Position numbers and translations under genes: made by a program
Part shown: piece by piece, positions 1 to 9,889 of the stretch
Layout: every line of letters starts with the position of its first letter
Numbering within the stretch: position 1 is the first letter of the stretch
Notes under the pieces: model-generated
What the model saw: the letters and a program-made list of their open reading frames with translations, nothing else
Databases searched by the model: none
What the model was told of the DNA's origin: nothing
Source of the DNA: Deltaproteobacteria bacterium
Lineage (GTDB): Bacteria > Bdellovibrionota_C > UBA2361 > JAGFJO01
Direction: 5' to 3'
DNA length: 64,000 bases
NCBI GenBank assembly: GCA_024102635.1
Contig: JAGFJO010000006.1
Span: 45,909-109,908 of the forward strand

Positions 1-162
1 CGGCATGCTGAGATAGCGCTGTAGAATGATATTGAAGATGCCCAGATAATTGAAGAAAAAATATCCTCCCAGCAGAACGAATCCCGTAATCACGAAATAG
101 GCGATCGGTGAAACAAAAAAGGATAAAATCTCCCGCCGACCGATTGCTGTAACATTGTGCAT
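1..162 (-). CDS. ABC-2 family transporter permease, N-terminal fragment (gene continues past window start)
   Basis: Minus-strand ATG at 162 preceded by a GAGG Shine-Dalgarno. Translation is MHNVTAIGRREILSFFVSPIAYFVITGFVLLGGYFFFNYLGIF..., the typical N-terminus of ABC-2 (GldF-like) permeases. It lies directly downstream of the ABC ATPase on the same strand. Not in the ORF track because it is truncated. Confidence 0.55.
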   Translation of the reverse strand, partial: MHNVTAIGRREILSFFVSPIAYFVITGFVLLGGYFFFNYLGIFNIILQRYLSMP

Positions 163-264
163 ATTTTCAGTGCCTCATCTTAAAATCTAATTGGCCAGTA
201 CATTTCAAGAGGCTTACCACCGTCGTCTATGCTAGAACCACGGCGAACAAGCCGTTCACCGAAG

Positions 265-1002
265 TTAGTTAGCCGCTACCTGCAAAGCGGCGCTCTCTTC
301 GGTGCTTACACACTCTAGAAAAACTTGCTCGAGCGACTTACTTTTAACTACCTCGCTTAAGCTGTTCTCTAATACGACTCGTCCTCGATTGATAATCACC
401 ACTTTGTTACAAACCATGCTTACTTCAGGCAGAATATGGGTGCTCAGGATGACGGTATGATTTTTGGCTAGCGATGCAATCAGCTGACGGATTTCAATGA
501 TCTGCCTAGGATCCAGCCCGCTAGTCGGCTCATCGAGAATGACGACTCCAGGTTTATGGATTATCGCTTGAGCCAATCCGACCCGTTGCCTGTAGCCGCG
601 GGACAAGTGCCGGCACAGTTTATTCCTAACATCTGCAATAAAGCAGATCTGCAACGCATGATCGACGCTCGCCTTGATCTCGGAGCGCTCAATCCCTTTG
701 ATGCGCGCAACGAAGAGCAGATATTCCTGTACCGTCATATCCTCGTACAAGGGGGGCGTCTCGGGCAGGTAGCCTATCTGCTTACGAACCTCATTCGACT
801 GGGAATTGATATCATACCCGGCGATTGTCGCCGTACCGGCAGAGGGCGGCAGATAAGTAGCCAGCATGCGTATGGTGGTGGTTTTACCGGCTCCATTGGG
901 CCCTAAAAACCCAACGACCTCTCCCTTGGCAGCGGAAAAGCTTACATCGGAGACCGCCAAGAATTCCCCATATCTTTTAGTAAGATTCTTTACTTCAATC
1001 AT
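265..1002 (-). CDS. ABC transporter ATP-binding protein (ABC-2 type)
   Basis: Walker A GPNGAGKTT, ABC signature LSRGYRQRVGLAQAI, Walker B ILDEPTSGLD. 245 aa. Confidence 0.9.
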   Translation of the reverse strand: MIEVKNLTKRYGEFLAVSDVSFSAAKGEVVGFLGPNGAGKTTTIRMLATYLPPSAGTATIAGYDINSQSNEVRKQIGYLPETPPLYEDMTVQEYLLFVARIKGIERSEIKASVDHALQICFIADVRNKLCRHLSRGYRQRVGLAQAIIHKPGVVILDEPTSGLDPRQIIEIRQLIASLAKNHTVILSTHILPEVSMVCNKVVIINRGRVVLENSLSEVVKSKSLEQVFLECVSTEESAALQVAAN

Positions 1003-1276
1003 CTCTCTACTCGTGAAAATTCAGGGCCCCGAATGAATTTTTCGGGCTAGCTCGGATCGAGAGATACAATAACTATATCTCAAGAACAACCCTTCTTTGG
1101 ATATCGCTATAGACGCGTTATAGGCAACTGGAATTCGCAATTCCGGGTGAAGTGGGCTCTATAAATACGGATCGTGCCGGCAAGAGGTGCCATCCAATGA
1201 TCTGGGGTCTTGAACAACGGGCCTGTCTAACGCCGTTTGATCTCCAGATTAAGAACAATCCAATGCCGCCCTAAAC

Positions 1277-2317
1277 ATGAATGCAGGTCACAGCTCACCG
1301 ACAGGCACCAGCCCCAGCAGGGCAAATCATGCGGCTCTCCGGTACTGGCAGTTAACCGGATATAGCGATCAGGACGTGGACGCAATTTGCGAATCTCTTA
1401 ACAGTACAGAGATGATCGCCAGATTACGCTTCGATGGGGAGGGAAGCGTAGAGATGGCGATCAGTACTCGAACATGGGAGCGTCAAGAAGGTCACTTCCC
1501 GGCCATCATGAAGTTCTTTAACGAAGTTGCTCAGCAGCCGTCACTCCGTGATCTTCGGGGATCAATGGTCGTATGGCTGGAGGATGGCGTCTGGGCTTGG
1601 AATCAGCAACATCCAAAAAAGGCGCCAATCCTATCCTTCGGGCGGCAGATTACCGATTTTCACACTTTTCTAATTCCGGATCCTGCCTTCTTGGATACCC
1701 GAGGATACCAAACGGACATCGCGGAGATTCGGCAATGGGAGCAAGAGATTCATCCGCAACATAAAAAAAGAACTGCCTTCTGGCGCGGAGCTGCAACGGG
1801 CCTTGGAATAGAAACTGAAAATTGGAGAATGTCAGCTCGCGGGCGGCTGGCCCTGCTTGCCAGAGACCTAAACGATCCCTCAGTTTTGGACGCAAAGATC
1901 AGCAAAGTAAATCATCTCTCGGAGAGCCAGCAACGGATCTTCATCTCCGAAAACATTGTGGGAGAGAGCTGCCCTTTCAGGGAATTCTTGGACTACCTAT
2001 ATCTAATAGACGCCGATGGCCACTGCTGCGCCTGGCGTTCCCTTTTCTTAAAACTGGCAACATCGAGTGTCGTTCTTAAGATCACCAGTGACTATGAGCA
2101 GTGGTACTTTCACGAGCTTGTACCGTGGAGGCATTACGTTCCCCTAAAAAGTGATCTCTCGGATTTTATGGATGCCTATCGGTGGCTGGAAGAAAACCGA
2201 GAAAAAGCCCGCGAGATTACTGCCGGCGCCCATGAGTTATTGAGAACTATCACTTACTACCGTGCTCTTGAAGAAACCGGCGCGCTTTGCGCAGCAATTC
2301 TGAAATGCAAGCGCTAA
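1277..2317 (+). CDS. CAP10 / glycosyltransferase family 90-like protein (LPS-modifying protein-like)
   Basis: 346 aa. The C-terminal half (WRGAATG... HYVPLKSDLSDFMDAYRWLEENREKAREI) resembles the CAP10 / LPS-A domain. There is no signal peptide. Assignment is by motif recall only. Confidence 0.45.
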   Translation: MNAGHSSPTGTSPSRANHAALRYWQLTGYSDQDVDAICESLNSTEMIARLRFDGEGSVEMAISTRTWERQEGHFPAIMKFFNEVAQQPSLRDLRGSMVVWLEDGVWAWNQQHPKKAPILSFGRQITDFHTFLIPDPAFLDTRGYQTDIAEIRQWEQEIHPQHKKRTAFWRGAATGLGIETENWRMSARGRLALLARDLNDPSVLDAKISKVNHLSESQQRIFISENIVGESCPFREFLDYLYLIDADGHCCAWRSLFLKLATSSVVLKITSDYEQWYFHELVPWRHYVPLKSDLSDFMDAYRWLEENREKAREITAGAHELLRTITYYRALEETGALCAAILKCKR

Positions 2318-3403
2318 TCAACCGGCCGGACAGAGTATTGTTGGGCGAATCATTACCGGCTGGTCCTGTAAGGCTTGGTTGACTGCCTGGCTCATGCTGC
2401 TATCGACGAAATTTTTCGTTTTGGGCAGAACAAGCACCGCGCTGCCGCTGCCACTCATTGACACGATTGCGTCCGGGATGCCGCGAAGCTTGGAGAGAAT
2501 GCTGTCAAAGACGCTCGAACAAGCTCTTGCGCTGTCCTCAAGATCGTTCATTATGAGCGCCTTCAACTCTTCCCGAAACGATTTGAATAAATCCCCGGGC
2601 ATGAAACTGCTCTCACGCACTCCTTCCACCCTGCTTACCGCATCGCAATAACGCGCTACAAAATCCCGGCCCGGCTCATCTCGCATGGCGGACGAAGCGG
2701 CCGACAACCTCTCTCTAGAGACCGAATAAACCTTGGCTGTAGAAATCTGCTCATCCGGAATTACGAGCAGAGCGGGGTAATTCGTTATGATTCGAGGATG
2801 CAGCTGCTGCACCTGCTCGCCTACTCCGCTAACCCAGGCGAGTCCGCCCGAAAGGAAATAGGGCACGTCCGCTCCGACAGCAAAAGCTATTTTTTCGACT
2901 TCGACCGCGGCTGACTCTAGAGGCAACCCCAGCCCCTGCTGTATATGCTCCCTGAATGTAGAAAACAGCCAGGCCAAGAGCCGTCCCGCATTACTGCTGC
3001 CACCCCCGAGGCCCGCGCCGGTAGGGATTCCCTTGCGCACTAGGATCGAAAGGCCGAGCGGAATCTGAAACCTCTCAAAAAACTGCGTCGCGGCCTGCCA
3101 CGCATGATTGTCCTTTTCGTTACTTAAATTTTGCCTGATCAGACCCCTTGTGCGGGGCGAGACCCACTCGCCGAAATGCTCGTCGATCTTGGCCTCGATT
3201 CTTCCCTCGCCGTCTAACTTTAAGAAGAGTTGATCTGTGAGATCAATCGGCGTGTTTATCATGCTAAGCAGATGGTAGCCGTCCTCGCGCAGCCCTTCTA
3301 TCTTGAGGCGCAGATTAACCTTAGCGGGGCATTCAACGGCTTGCTGGCGGCCGATCAAATCCTTGTATCTGCTCTTGAAATCAAAAGCCATTGTCAAAAT
3401 CAA
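2318..3403 (-). CDS. ispE: 4-diphosphocytidyl-2-C-methyl-D-erythritol kinase (GHMP kinase), with insertions
   Basis: PAKVNLRLKIEGLREDGYHLL matches the IspE N-terminus. The GHMP motif PTGAGLGGGSSNAG is present, as is the C-terminal MSGSGSAVL motif. At 361 aa it is about 75 aa longer than typical IspE, with an N-terminal extension and an internal insertion. Confidence 0.7.
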   Translation of the reverse strand: MILTMAFDFKSRYKDLIGRQQAVECPAKVNLRLKIEGLREDGYHLLSMINTPIDLTDQLFLKLDGEGRIEAKIDEHFGEWVSPRTRGLIRQNLSNEKDNHAWQAATQFFERFQIPLGLSILVRKGIPTGAGLGGGSSNAGRLLAWLFSTFREHIQQGLGLPLESAAVEVEKIAFAVGADVPYFLSGGLAWVSGVGEQVQQLHPRIITNYPALLVIPDEQISTAKVYSVSRERLSAASSAMRDEPGRDFVARYCDAVSRVEGVRESSFMPGDLFKSFREELKALIMNDLEDSARACSSVFDSILSKLRGIPDAIVSMSGSGSAVLVLPKTKNFVDSSMSQAVNQALQDQPVMIRPTILCPAG

Positions 3404-3511
3404 AGCTATTGCGACTGACCTGTCTCGGAATTCCTCTTCGGCGAAGCTAACACACCAGATTCAACTCTATCAATGAAGTTCCGCGGGTGACGCAATCTCT
3501 TGGAATAGGCA

Positions 3512-3540
3512 ATAAAAAAGCCGCGATAAAACGCGGCTTT
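3512..3540 (-). terminator. Rho-independent terminator downstream of cpaB-like gene
   Basis: On the minus strand: AAGCCGCG-ttttat-CGCGGCTT followed by TTTTTTATT. Confidence 0.6.
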
Positions 3541-3568
3541 CAATTGAGTCCTTTCTGTTAGAAAGGAG

Positions 3569-4522
3569 CTACATATCGTTGTCGAGACGGGTTATTCTAC
3601 CGCCCGGACCGCAATTAATTACTACGTCCATATCTCCGACCTTGGCGGTTCCGCAGATCGTACGATTACTTTCACTTTTACCTTTGCCGTGCTGGCCTGG
3701 CTTTGATACAGCCTCCTCCCGCACTTCGTTATTGTCGAGGATCTTATTATCCTCAGCCGCTCTCATCATCAGAGACAAAGTCCCCAATTTACGAGCCGTA
3801 AGGATAGTCATTGCATCGTTAGGCGTAAGATCGAGGGTAGCGGTATTGAATAGTTTCGGCCCTCCTGCCTCAAGAAAAGGGGTTCTTGGATTTACTTGTC
3901 CGCCGTACGATATTACGCGCGCTTTCTGGACAATCGCCTTAGTGGTTAACTCACCACCTTCGTTGTATGTCAGAGCGACGTCCACTAAACTTCCGGGGCG
4001 AATGTGCCCTTCAAGTCCGGACACTGCATCCACCTGAATTGTCACCGCCCTATTGCCAGGTGTTACCGGCAAGCTGGTTGAAACTTGGTCTTTACTGGTC
4101 ATGGTCCTGGTTATCGGGCTTCCGGCTTCGATGTTTCTGGCGGCAAAAAGATTCTGCAGCTCGCTACGGTCTCTAATGGCGCCTGCCGGCACCTTGTGCA
4201 TCGGCCAGTACATCTCGGTTAGTTCGATGTCAGAGAGCTTAGTTCCTTCCGGCACAGGACGTTTGGCCGCAAGAATCGTTGTCGTTCCTACCGAGGCCGG
4301 AATGTTGCTTTCTATGCTTAAATTCTGTCCCGCAGTTGCATCTGCAGCAGGAGTTCTAAAATTGAAGATTACGACGGTGATGATTAATAGCGAGAACGCT
4401 AAACCGGCTGCGGCCACGAAAAATAGTCTTTCGCGCTCGTTCTTTTTACGAAACCCCGAATTGTTTCCAGAAAACCTGTTATTCATAAAACCAACTCCTA
4501 TACAACCTTCAACTCCGTTCAA
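3569..4522 (-). CDS. Flp pilus assembly protein CpaB/RcpC-like (SAF domain), solitary
   Basis: N-terminal TM anchor, then a region (AKRPVPEGTKLSDIELTEMYWPMHKVPAGAI...) typical of the CpaB SAF domain. The true start is probably an internal Met (MNNRF...). No other tad/cpa genes are nearby. Confidence 0.55.
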   Translation of the reverse strand: MNGVEGCIGVGFMNNRFSGNNSGFRKKNERERLFFVAAAGLAFSLLIITVVIFNFRTPAADATAGQNLSIESNIPASVGTTTILAAKRPVPEGTKLSDIELTEMYWPMHKVPAGAIRDRSELQNLFAARNIEAGSPITRTMTSKDQVSTSLPVTPGNRAVTIQVDAVSGLEGHIRPGSLVDVALTYNEGGELTTKAIVQKARVISYGGQVNPRTPFLEAGGPKLFNTATLDLTPNDAMTILTARKLGTLSLMMRAAEDNKILDNNEVREEAVSKPGQHGKGKSESNRTICGTAKVGDMDVVINCGPGGRITRLDNDM

Positions 4523-4980
4523 GCACCCCCGCGATCGAAGGTCTTTTCATTCAGATGTGAAGATTCGAAAATCGATAAGCACAAAACCTAAAAAAGCTCC
4601 GCAAACATCTGCGATAATCCTATGCACAACATTCCGCAAGTTTCGTAGTACTGCTTCTGAAACTTTCAAAAACTCACCCTGGAAATAGCACATGCAATCT
4701 TCGGGCCCGCATAATCTCAGAAATCCAAAATTAATGTTACTGAACCCGAGGAATCCGCCTACTTTCAGGAACTTATTACAACAATTGTAACAGCTTCTCT
4801 GAAAGTATCCAAAGATGGAGTAGTTCCCTAGAATAGGTAATCGGTCGCTCCGCGCCTTAACTGAAGAGCCTATTTCTGGGGGATGGCGCAACTAGCTAGA
4901 ATCATTAAGCTCCCTCCGGGACAGCTTCAGCCATTCTTGGCAAGTTGTCAGGGGGCCGGGTGAATGTATAATTCCCATCC

Positions 4981-5460
4981 ATGAGAAATTCTTGGCTCAA
5001 ATCATTCCGGGTACTTTTTAGTTCATTTCTTTTGCTGCTTCCTCTTGCCTGTTCGGTTTCGCTGAGGGGCAACGGCACGAGCGGTTCTGCATCGCCATCT
5101 TCATTGGAGCCATCACGTAATGGAGATAGCTCCGCTGCTACAACGGCACGCGTAGACATAATGCCGCTAGCCGTCGATAAGAAAGCTACTCAGAGCGACG
5201 TTGAAATTATCTGGCGGGTGCCGGTCGAACAGGTGGAAGGTTTTGAAGTAAATTTCGGATTTGCGCGCAATAAGATGGACGAAAAGGTGCGTGTTTATGC
5301 ACAGGATCTTGAGCAGATTGAAGATCCTTTACACGGGCCTGTATACCGATTTGTGCTGGGGAACATCCCTCTCAACCAGCCCCTATTCATTGCCATCGCC
5401 GCTTTTACCGAAGAAAAAACCTCGCCTCCCAGCGACATTTTCGAAGTCAAAGCTCAGTAG
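4981..5460 (+). CDS. hypothetical lipoprotein
   Basis: Signal peptide with a lipobox-like LLLPLAC|S, then a Ser/Gly-rich linker. No recognisable domain. Confidence 0.4.
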   Translation: MRNSWLKSFRVLFSSFLLLLPLACSVSLRGNGTSGSASPSSLEPSRNGDSSAATTARVDIMPLAVDKKATQSDVEIIWRVPVEQVEGFEVNFGFARNKMDEKVRVYAQDLEQIEDPLHGPVYRFVLGNIPLNQPLFIAIAAFTEEKTSPPSDIFEVKAQ

Positions 5461-5524
5461 GCTCGTCCTAAATCTTTCACTCACTTTGGCCTGCACCCCG
5501 CACTTTTCTGCTACAGGGTGCTGA

Positions 5525-8500
5525 TCATATTGAATAGTAACAAGCTTCGGGATGATGAACTATGATCGCGGATGTGGATTGCTCCGGCACGAGCTGATAC
5601 TCAGAACTTAGCGACACCCCTATCTTTTCGGGCTGAAGAAGCTGAAATATATACTTCTGGTCTTCCAGGTTAGGACAAGCCGGGTAACCAAAGCTGTACC
5701 GCTCACCGTGATACTGCTGACGGAATAGGTCCTCTATCTTTTCGCTATCCTCGCCGTCAATGCCTAGCTCGCGCCTAATTTGCTTGTGCCAATACTCCGC
5801 GAGCGCCTCGGCGGTTTCAACCGAGAGGCCGTAGAAATGAAGATAGTCGGTATACTCGTCGGATCTGAAGAGCTCTTGGCACTTTTCTGATGCAAGCGAG
5901 CCGATAGTTACCACATGGAAGGCGACGACATCACGGTTTCCGCTTTCTTTAGGCAGGAAATAATCCGCGATACAACGCCGCACGTCAGCGACTTGACGTG
6001 GAAAGCTGATGCGGCATGCCTCACGCTCAAAATCGGCAGGATCCCATATAATAAGATCGTTCTGCTCGCTGTTGCAGGGGAAATATCCATAGGCCACCTT
6101 GGGCTGCAGCCAACCGAGCTCTTCAACTCTTTTGCGCCATTTTTGAAAGAGCGGGTCGACATGCTCTACGAGAAACTGACGGTGCTCGGCTGTTGACCTG
6201 CTACCCCGGCGATACTGCCACTGATTGGCATAGAGCGCCTTCTTGTTTATGAAATTGAAAAGCTCACTAAGCTGAATTTGATCGCTATAGACGTGACGAA
6301 CTCCCCAAAAAGGCGGAGCCGGGACACTGTCTAGCACGGGTATGTTCGAGCGCGCATACTCACGGGCTTTTTGAGCCAAGCGTTCCTCTCTCTCGGCTCG
6401 CATCTCACCCCTGCGGCGAGCCTTTTCGTCGCTTGCCTCGGTGATGGTCTTCACCTCGGTCTGCCCTGTAAGTTCATCCATTATTTGAAGGCCGGTAAAG
6501 GCGTCAGCACCATAAAAAACCTTGCCTGTAGTGTATGCTTGCCTAAGATCGACCTCGACATAAGCGCGATTCAGGGCAGCACCGCCGCAAACGACAGGCA
6601 CGTCTAAGTTTCGCCGCGACATCTCCTCGAGATTTTCCTTCATTACGACGGTGGACTTCACCAGTAACCCCGACATTCCGATAGCTTGTGGTTTATGCTC
6701 TGCAGCAGCCGCCAGAATGCTCTCGATGGGCTGCTTGATCCCGAGATTGACAACTTTGTAGCCGTTGTTGGAAAGAATTATGTCCACCAGGTTCTTCCCG
6801 ATGTCATGCACATCTCCTTTCACGGTTGCGATGACCATGCACCCCTTCTCTGCGCCTTCAACCTTCTCCATAAAGGGCTGGAGGAAGGCAACCGCTTTCT
6901 TCATCGTTTCCGCCGATTGCAGCACGAAAGGAAGCTGCATCTGCCCAGAACCGAAAAGTTCGCCTACAACTTTCATTCCCTCGAGCAGTATCTCATTTAT
7001 TATCTGGAGCGGCTTATAACTTTGGAGAGCTCTTTTCAGCGGCTCCTCAATTCCTATCTTCTTGCCGTCGATTATGCGTTGCTTCAGCACGTCCTCGATT
7101 GGACCGTTCTCGTTCTCCGCTGACGCCACCGGCTTTGAAGCGGCGCTTTGCAGCTTTTCAATGAATACGAAAAGAGGATCGTAATCTTGAGTACGCCGAT
7201 CGAAAATCAGATCGGACGTTACTTTCAAAAGATCAGGCTCAATCTTGCTGATTGGCAAGATCTTCTTGAAATGCACGATGCATGAATCAAGACCGTTCTT
7301 TATGGCCTCTGCAAGAAACACGGAATTGAGAACTTGCCGTGCAGCAGGCTGCAGCCCGAAAGAGATGTTCGACAGTCCGAGAATCGTCCTAGTCCCCGGC
7401 AGATTCTCTTTGATTAACTTTATGGCCTGCAAGGTTTCCAAGCCTGCCTTGCGGCTATCTTCATCTCCCGACCCTATAGTAAACGTCAGCGGATCAAATA
7501 TAAGAGTATGCGCCGGCAACCGGTGACGGCCGGTGCAAAGATCGTAGATTCGCCGGGCGACCTCTAGTTTGCGCTGGGCGGATTTAGCCATCCCCTCCTC
7601 GTCTATCGTGAGGGCGATCAGCGCACTGCCGAACCGCGACGCCAAGCTGCATATAATGTCGAATTTTTCCTCTCCATCTTCCAGATTTATGGAGTTGATA
7701 ATGGATCTTCCGCCGAGCAGCTTTAGCGCTGCCTCCAGCACATCGACCTGCGTTGAATCGATCATGATCGGAGCGGTAACTTGAGTGGCGAAACGCGATA
7801 TAACCTCGCGCATGTCGCGCGCTTCATCGCGCCCTACATAGGCCGTACATACATCAAGTATATGTGCACCATGCCCGACCTCCTCTCTTCCCATCTCGAC
7901 AATCGCTTCCCAATCTTCCAGCAGCATTAGTTCCCGGAAGCGCTTGGAGCCGTTTGCATTGCAGCGCTCGCCGACGATCAAGGGAGAGCTGCCTTCCTGA
8001 TCCAGCGTCACTGCGCTGTATGTTGAAGTAAGCTGAGGGGGAAGAGGATCTATAGTGCGAACAGGCGAGTACCCATTAAGTTCGTCGGCCAAGGCCTTGA
8101 TGTGCTCGGCGGTAGTGCCGCAGCACCCGCCCAAATAGGAGGCGCCGCACTCACGGGCGAATATCCCGTGGTAGCGGGCGAACTCCTGCGGCGAGAGGTC
8201 ATAAACTGCCCGGCCGCCTTCATTTCTCGGAAGCCCTGCGTTAGGAAAGATCGCTATGGGGTTCCTGCTGTGTCTACCCAGATAGCGCACATTCTCCTGC
8301 ATCATGTCGGGCCCGGTCGCGCAGTTGAGTCCTACTACATCTACCGGGAGAGATTCCAATATTACGAGAGCCGCGCTGACCTCGGTTCCTATCAATAGTG
8401 TTCCGGTGGTCTCTACTGTAAATGTGACACAAATCGGGACCTCTCTTCCGGACGCTTTCATTGCATCGCGAGCGGCAATTACCGCGCATTTAATCTGCAA

Positions 8501-8989
8501 CGGGTCTTGGCAAGTCTCGATCTGGAAAAGATCCACGCCTCCATCTAGCAAACCTTGAAACTGAGGTAGATAAGAGGCATGAAGTTGGTCAAAAGAAATA
8601 TGCCCCAGCGTTACGAGCTTTGTGGTGGGACCTACCGAGCCGGCAACGAAGCGGTGGCGGTCAGCTTTGGAATAATCGTTGGCAACTTCCCGCGCTATGG
8701 CGGCGGCCTTTCTCGAGATCTCGTACGCCTGATCTTCAATTCCATATTCCGCAAGCACAATTGCGGCAGATCCGAACGAATTAGTTTCGATTACATCCGC
8801 GCCTGCCTGCAGGAAATCGGCGTGGATTTTTTGCACAATGTCCGGACGGGTTTCGACTAAGTACTCATTACAACCATCCAGGCCTGCGAAATCGTCGGGC
8901 GTAAGACAAAAAGCCTGTATATTAGTGCCCATCGCACCGTCACCGATGACCACTCTCTCTCTTAACAATCTCAGAAAATCGCACTTCAT
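5525..8989 (-). CDS. metH: cobalamin-dependent methionine synthase
   Basis: 1154 aa. It has an N-terminal homocysteine-binding domain, a pterin-binding domain, the B12-binding DVHDIGKNLV motif and a C-terminal AdoMet activation domain. Confidence 0.95.
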   Translation of the reverse strand: MKCDFLRLLRERVVIGDGAMGTNIQAFCLTPDDFAGLDGCNEYLVETRPDIVQKIHADFLQAGADVIETNSFGSAAIVLAEYGIEDQAYEISRKAAAIAREVANDYSKADRHRFVAGSVGPTTKLVTLGHISFDQLHASYLPQFQGLLDGGVDLFQIETCQDPLQIKCAVIAARDAMKASGREVPICVTFTVETTGTLLIGTEVSAALVILESLPVDVVGLNCATGPDMMQENVRYLGRHSRNPIAIFPNAGLPRNEGGRAVYDLSPQEFARYHGIFARECGASYLGGCCGTTAEHIKALADELNGYSPVRTIDPLPPQLTSTYSAVTLDQEGSSPLIVGERCNANGSKRFRELMLLEDWEAIVEMGREEVGHGAHILDVCTAYVGRDEARDMREVISRFATQVTAPIMIDSTQVDVLEAALKLLGGRSIINSINLEDGEEKFDIICSLASRFGSALIALTIDEEGMAKSAQRKLEVARRIYDLCTGRHRLPAHTLIFDPLTFTIGSGDEDSRKAGLETLQAIKLIKENLPGTRTILGLSNISFGLQPAARQVLNSVFLAEAIKNGLDSCIVHFKKILPISKIEPDLLKVTSDLIFDRRTQDYDPLFVFIEKLQSAASKPVASAENENGPIEDVLKQRIIDGKKIGIEEPLKRALQSYKPLQIINEILLEGMKVVGELFGSGQMQLPFVLQSAETMKKAVAFLQPFMEKVEGAEKGCMVIATVKGDVHDIGKNLVDIILSNNGYKVVNLGIKQPIESILAAAAEHKPQAIGMSGLLVKSTVVMKENLEEMSRRNLDVPVVCGGAALNRAYVEVDLRQAYTTGKVFYGADAFTGLQIMDELTGQTEVKTITEASDEKARRRGEMRAEREERLAQKAREYARSNIPVLDSVPAPPFWGVRHVYSDQIQLSELFNFINKKALYANQWQYRRGSRSTAEHRQFLVEHVDPLFQKWRKRVEELGWLQPKVAYGYFPCNSEQNDLIIWDPADFEREACRISFPRQVADVRRCIADYFLPKESGNRDVVAFHVVTIGSLASEKCQELFRSDEYTDYLHFYGLSVETAEALAEYWHKQIRRELGIDGEDSEKIEDLFRQQYHGERYSFGYPACPNLEDQKYIFQLLQPEKIGVSLSSEYQLVPEQSTSAIIVHHPEACYYSI

Positions 8990-9039
8990 AGTGCAGGAAT
9001 GTTAACAGATAAGAGGTGCGGTGGAAATGCAGGCAGGAA

Positions 9040-9873
9040 CTAAGCCACGCCTTTCTGAATGAGCGCTTCACGCATTTCGTCAGCCTCCTCAGGCTGAGCC
9101 AGCCTTGGGTTCTCGCCGCCGGCGACAATGCGAAAAGCGCGTGAAAGTTCGCGCAGGATATCGTCCTTCTTCGGGGGCTTCACTAGAAAGCCGCTTGCGC
9201 CGGCCTTCAGGCATTCAACTAAATTCTCTATGGTTCCAATCGCCGTAAGAACTATAATCGGCATCGCCTTTAATTTCTGGTTGGACCGCATGTACTCTAT
9301 TAGATCCCTTCCCGTCATCTCGGGCATGCGAACATCAGTAAGTACGCAGTGGTAGCCTTCAGGCGATCCGGTGAGTTCGGCAATGGCCTCCTTTGCTGAG
9401 GCAACACCTTTGATGTGAGAGAATCCTAAGCCCTCAAGGTAGAAGCATATTATATCTCGCGGCGAGTCGAGATCTTCGACTACCAAGATCCTAAAATCGT
9501 TTTTCAGCACCGGCCTTTGATTGCGGATCCTCTCGAGCAATCTCTTAAGATGGGCCATGCCCTTGTTTCCATATATGTAATCGGCTCCGCTGAGCCTGAC
9601 GTGCTGTGACTGCCTGCCGTTTTGATTGCTTAAGTCGAATACTATGAGATGCGCGCTCTGGTTTCTAGACCACAAGATTTCCGCCATCTCCTGTTGATCG
9701 TCCGCGCTTATGGAGGAATCGATGATAAGGGCGTCAAAACCGCGCAAAGTTAACCATTCCTTCGCTATGTCCTGTTCAAAAGTGAGTTTGCCGCGAAACC
9801 CATGCGCCCGAACCTCTTGCTCGATCTCAAAGCAGTTCTTGTCGTCTTTTCCTACAATAAGTATGTCTCCCAT
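9040..9873 (-). CDS. response regulator, receiver-only (degenerate N-terminal REC plus canonical C-terminal REC)
   Basis: The C-terminal half (ILVVEDLDSPRDIICFYLEGLGF ... VLTDVRMPEMTGRDLIEYMR ... PIIVLTA) is a CheY-like receiver. There is no DNA-binding or enzymatic output domain. Confidence 0.8.
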   Translation of the reverse strand: MGDILIVGKDDKNCFEIEQEVRAHGFRGKLTFEQDIAKEWLTLRGFDALIIDSSISADDQQEMAEILWSRNQSAHLIVFDLSNQNGRQSQHVRLSGADYIYGNKGMAHLKRLLERIRNQRPVLKNDFRILVVEDLDSPRDIICFYLEGLGFSHIKGVASAKEAIAELTGSPEGYHCVLTDVRMPEMTGRDLIEYMRSNQKLKAMPIIVLTAIGTIENLVECLKAGASGFLVKPPKKDDILRELSRAFRIVAGGENPRLAQPEEADEMREALIQKGVA

Positions 9874-9889
9874 CGGCTTCCGCTTAAAA

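Noticed and set aside
556-906. 116-aa plus-strand ORF
   Set aside because: It lies entirely antisense within the well-supported ABC ATPase gene and has no recognisable motifs. It is a typical shadow ORF of GC-rich coding DNA.
4053-4688. 211-aa plus-strand ORF
   Set aside because: It is antisense to the CpaB-like gene and extends into its leader, with low-complexity composition. Judged spurious.
4547-4891. 114-aa minus-strand Cys-containing ORF in the cpaB upstream region
   Set aside because: No signal peptide or TM, no SD-like sequence, and an odd composition. I examined it as a possible Flp pilin or leader gene and it resembles neither. Most likely non-coding promoter or leader DNA.
5908-8860. 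Multiple 60-150-aa ORFs on both strands inside metH (similar sets occur inside nrdA, trp genes and wzt)
   Set aside because: They are embedded within long, motif-verified genes and lack independent signals, so they were treated as frame-shadow ORFs.
8990-9039. Looked for cobalamin or SAM riboswitches near metH and nrdAB
   Set aside because: The metH leader is only 50 bp and the nrdA leader is dominated by NrdR-type palindromes. No B12-box (RAGYCMGgAAG-like) element was seen.
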